From assembly GCF_009914755.1 (NCBI RefSeq), contig NC_060946.1: a stretch of 64,000 nt of DNA; one strand, written 5' to 3'. Both the position numbers and the translations under genes were made by a program. Under the pieces are notes generated by a model, which was not told where the DNA came from, did not search any database, and was given only the letters and a program-made list of their open reading frames with translations. How positions within the stretch are numbered: position 1 is the stretch's first letter; each line of letters starts with the position of its first letter. Positions 59,098-64,000 of this stretch are shown piece after piece. This DNA is from the human T2T-CHM13v2.0 reference genome, Homo sapiens.

Positions 59098-59567
<470 letters not shown>

Positions 59568-59890
59568 TCACGATTGTGATCTCTTCCAGCACAACGTTCT
59601 AGACTGTGTGTTAGGTTTGTGTATCTGCGTTAGTCTTGTTGTTTATACGAAGGGGATTATATGTTGCACACTCTTGATGCCAAGGCTTGGTTTTGCACTT
59701 GTGAATGGGCATTTTTGTTGCCCCTGTGGTGCTTTTCCCTTCTGTCATGTGGCTGGTCTTGGTAGTGCTCTCTGCTCAGTGATCTGACTTAGCACCGAAT
59801 GGTAAACTACCAGCCTCGCCGTGTGGCTGCCATTTGCTGTTTCTGTATCGTAGAAGAATATATTCCTTGTTTTTTTCCCCCATTTTATAG

Positions 59891-59978
59891 GTAATGCGGA
59901 AATCTCATGAAGCCCGTGAAAAATTGCTCCGTCTTGGAATTTTTAGACAAGTGGATGTTTTGATTGACACATGTCAAG
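59891..59978 (+). CDS. SAMM50: SAMM50 coding exon 4
   Basis: tatag|GTA ATG CGG...TGT CAA G|gtacat; [29 protein letters not shown]; 88 nt. Confidence 0.98.
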
Positions 59979-61326
59979 GTACATATTGTGGTGTAGTATC
60001 TTTATAATTCCCTTTCTGTCCATCAGAGAAAAGCTGTTTTTATGGCCAGATGCAGATCTGGGCAGCAGAGCACCGCTCCCTGCTGTGTAGAACCTGAAAG
60101 TTGATCAAACAGGTAGTCCTTGAGTTAGCAGTCTCAGGGAAGGGATTGGATTTTTTGTTTGTTTTTGGAGAGGGGTCTTGCTGTATTGCCCAGGCTGGTC
60201 TGGAACTCCTGTGCTCAAGCGATCTACCTGCCTCAGCCTCCTGAGTAGCTGGGCTTACAGTTGCGGGCCTGGATTTTTGTATGAGGCCGGGGAGGAGTGG
60301 TGAACTTTGAAGATACTGTTGTGTGAAGCCCTGGACTCCACGGGGGCCTGAGAGTGACTCTGAAGGAGGGGGCCAGGCTTCGTTCACATAGCCCAGCCCA
60401 GCACTGTGCAGACCCCCATCTCAGTGTATGCTTTAAAAAGAGGAGGGAATCCAATTTCCATTTTAGTTTTTGCCCATTTTCTTGTTGCTGTGTGATACTG
60501 GGCACGTCTCTCAACATTTATTCTTTGGCTAGTGAGCACCTGCTTCGAGGCCAGCCCTGTGCAGGCCCCAGAGGGAGACACAGGGCGTGGTCTCCTCCTG
60601 ATGGGCTTCGGTCATAGCAGCACACAGGGCGTGGTCTCCTCCTGAAGGGGCTTCGGTCAGTGGGGCTGGGTTGGGGGCAGACCAGTAAGTGATGGCAGCA
60701 CAGTCGCTATGTTGTGCTGTAAGAGGCTGAGGGAGGAGACAGTTCACCTGGCCAGGGCATGAGAAGGGGATCAGAGAGGGTGTCCCTGAAGGGGCGATGT
60801 CTGAGCTGAGACCTAGAAGATGCATCTGAGCGAGTATGGGGAGAAGGGCTGGTAGTGAGGTGGGGTGAAGAATGTTCTGGGGACAGAGATAGCACTTATC
60901 AGGCCCACGCCAGGGGAGAGTGGCTCGCTGGGTGGACCGCAAGTGTAGGAAGAGCTGGAGTGCAGGTTGGGGGAATGGAGTGCTGGAAGACAAGGAAGAA
61001 AAGCCGTCAGGAGCCCAGACCATGGTGGGCCTAACATGGCGCGGTAGAGTTCCCACTTTAGTCAGAATTCAGCAGACACCATTGAAAAATAAAATTTGGA
61101 ATGAATCTGTGAATGAGTAACTCTTCAGAATTGAATGGGGGGTAATTTTGAGAAGGCCTAGATAAGACAATATAGGAAAATGCTTGCAAAAAATAAGGTG
61201 CTAGATAAACTAAGGACATTTTCATTATTTGGAGTATAGTTTCAGCCAACACTAACAGACCTAAAAGAACAGTGGCTTAGACAAGAGAGAAGTCTCCATC
61301 TCTCCACACAGCTGGGAGACTGCCAA

Positions 61327-61520
61327 GGGCTGGTGTGGTGCTGCGTTCCCTGAGGTCACCTTGGGCTGGCGTGGTTTCCTGTGGTTCCCTGGGGTCACCT
61401 TGGGCTAGTGTGGTGCCTTGTTCTCTGAAGTCACCTTGGGCTAGTGTGGTTTCCTGAGGTCACCTTGGGCTGGTGTGGTGCTTCGTTCCCTGAAGTCACC
61501 CTGGGCTGGTGTAGTTTCCC
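61327..61520. repeat. Degenerate tandem repeat, 5 copies of core GTCACC(T/C)TGGGCT(G/A)G(T/C)GT
   Basis: Read directly; irregular spacing of about 29-39 bp. Confidence 0.88.
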
Positions 61521-62107
61521 CCCGTGGTGTCTTGTTGCTTTGTCATCCCTAGGGTCCCTGAGTCCCTCTGATGGCTGAGCACCGTGTCCTCATTCCAGTA
61601 TTGGAGGAGCACAGGAGATTGAGAGGGCTTACCCCTCCCTTTAAGCACCTGTCCTAGGTGTTGTACACGGCACTGCTCTCATCCCATTGGCCAGGACTTA
61701 ATCACTTGGCCACACCTAGGTGCAGGGGAGGCTGGGAAGTCACTGGACTTGAGTTAATAATTGGTGTATGGGTTTATCAGTTGTGACAAATGTACCACAC
61801 ATGCGAGGTGTTAGTAAGTGTGTGTCGGGGTAAGGAGAGGTTCATGGAAACTCTTTGTACTTTTGTAGTTTGTACAAAAACTTTGTACTTTCTGCTTTAT
61901 CTTTTTTTTTTACCCGCAACCCACTGTTGCTGGCTTCAATTCTTTATCTTTCTGTGCGCCTAAAGCTGCTCTAAGAAATAAAGTCCACTAAATAAAAAAT
62001 AAAGTAAAATAAAAAATAAAAAAAGAAAAAGAAAGAAAAGATGGTGCCAGGCGGGGTGGCTCACGCCTGTAATCCCAGCACTTTGGGAGGCCAGGGCGGC
62101 TGGATCA

Positions 62108-62434
<327 letters not shown>

Positions 62435-63395
62435 CTAGATGTCCAGCCAGGGCTGAGCACCCCTGTGTACAAGGCAGGAGTCGCCTTTCCTTCCTGTGAG
62501 AGGCCACTCATTCCTACAGAGCCCAGCCCGCTCTGCACAAGGCACCCCAGGGCCATGGTGGGTCACGAGGTGGCTGCTTCCAGCTCAGACCCAAATCATA
62601 CCTGGTGCGGGGGAGGACAGACATGCCTCTTACACACAGTAACACAGTAAACAATCTCACACTTATCTTCGAGGGTTACTGACACCCCTATTGTCATGTG
62701 AGTTCCCCATTTTCATGTCGGTTGAATTGAGAACCCAAATATTTTCAAGGACCTCTCTAATAGGAGAACAGATTCCTTTAGCAAATATTGTTTGCTTAAG
62801 TTTGCTTAAGTGAATAATGCTGCTTATAGTTATCTCCTTGTAGCAAAGGTAGATTGTTTTTGTTTTTTGGTTTTTGGTTTTTTTTTTAGAGACAGGGTCT
62901 TGCTCTGTCGTCCGGGCTGGAATGCAGTGGCACAGTCATAGCTCACTGCAGCCTCCAACTGCTGGGCTCAAGTGATCTTCTCACCTCAGCCTCCCGAATA
63001 GTTGAGACTATAGGTGCTCGCCACCACATCTGGCTAATTTTTAAAATTTTTGTAGCTATGTTGCTGGGGCTGGTCTTGAACTCTTGGCCTGAAAGTGATC
63101 CTCCCACCTTGTCCTCCCAAAGCACTGTGATTACAGGCCTGAGTCACTGTGCTCAGCCCTGTTTATTGATATATTCTACCAGAGAAACTAGAAACATTAT
63201 TTTTTGGTGTAGAGGTGTGCAATATTTTGATTTTGTGTGGGAGTGTTCTTAAACGTTTCTCATGATTATATTATTTTCTAAAGGAGATTGTAAAATAGAA
63301 TGAACCTTCAGATTGCTTTTTGTCTTTTTTAGCAATGGGAACCCAAAGTAAAATAACATCCTGGCTGTCTTATTGTTTAATATTTTTTTATTTAG

Positions 63396-63502
63396 GTGAT
63401 GGCGCACTTCCAAATGGGTTAGACGTTACCTTTGAAGTAACTGAATTGAGGAGATTAACGGGCAGTTATAACACCATGGTTGGGAACAATGAAGGCAGTA
63501 TG
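63396..63502 (+). CDS. SAMM50: SAMM50 coding exon 5 (110G allele); gene continues past the window
   Basis: tttag|GT GAT GGC GCA...AGT ATG|gtatgc; [36 protein letters not shown]; cumulative 429 nt = 143 codons. Confidence 0.98.
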
Positions 63503-64000
63503 GTATGCTACAGGCTTTTTACTTTCTTATATTGGAACTTAGAGTTGGGAACTTTTACACTATGACTGCATTCTAAAAGCTGATGATAGTTTCAAAATTC
63601 GGTCATTTCATTTACCTTAATCTGTTGTTATTTGTGGTTTCTCTTTAATCACCGTAGAATTGGTGATAATATGTTTTGGGTTGTTTGATAACAATGTTAA
63701 CGTTAGTAATTAGGAATGATTTGGAGAATGTTCATATTAATAGTCTCTTGTTCAAATTCCTTTAAACTCTAAATCTGTAACATTCTTGAGCCTCACGGGT
63801 GGCAAGGTTAGCTTGTCCCTTGCATTAATCAGGTTTGAATGCAGGATGTGAGCACTCAGCAGCGGCATGTTTTAAAGAATGAAAGTGATTACAAATGAAA
63901 GACTAGATCTGTAGTTAGCATCTTCCTTCTGTTTTTATGAAAGTCCCTTAGCTAGCATAGTCTTTATCCAATCCAAAGTTCTCATTCCTTCAATGTAGAC

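Overview
Human genomic DNA from the PNPLA3-SAMM50 locus (chr22q13.31, identified by recognising the proteins). The window holds about 15 kb of repeat-rich upstream DNA and the complete + strand PNPLA3 (adiponutrin) gene: 9 coding exons, 15043-37517, spliced CDS 1446 nt = 481 aa, all GT-AG junctions checked by hand. A solo LTR13 lies at its 3' end. SAMM50 coding exons 1-5 follow (46723-63502, codons 1-143; the gene continues beyond the window), with an RPL35A processed pseudogene in intron 1. Compared with the reference proteins as I recall them, this haplotype carries PNPLA3 148M, 149 CCT and 434E plus SAMM50 110G (the classic fatty-liver risk haplotype), and an additional V162M change in cis with I148M, four residues from catalytic Asp166. 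The first canonical AATAAA after the PNPLA3 stop codon comes from the antisense LTR. I found no evidence of a wholly new gene system. Nearly all other ORFs in the track are Alu, LTR or simple-repeat artefacts. Repeat family names and boundaries were assigned by eye and are approximate.
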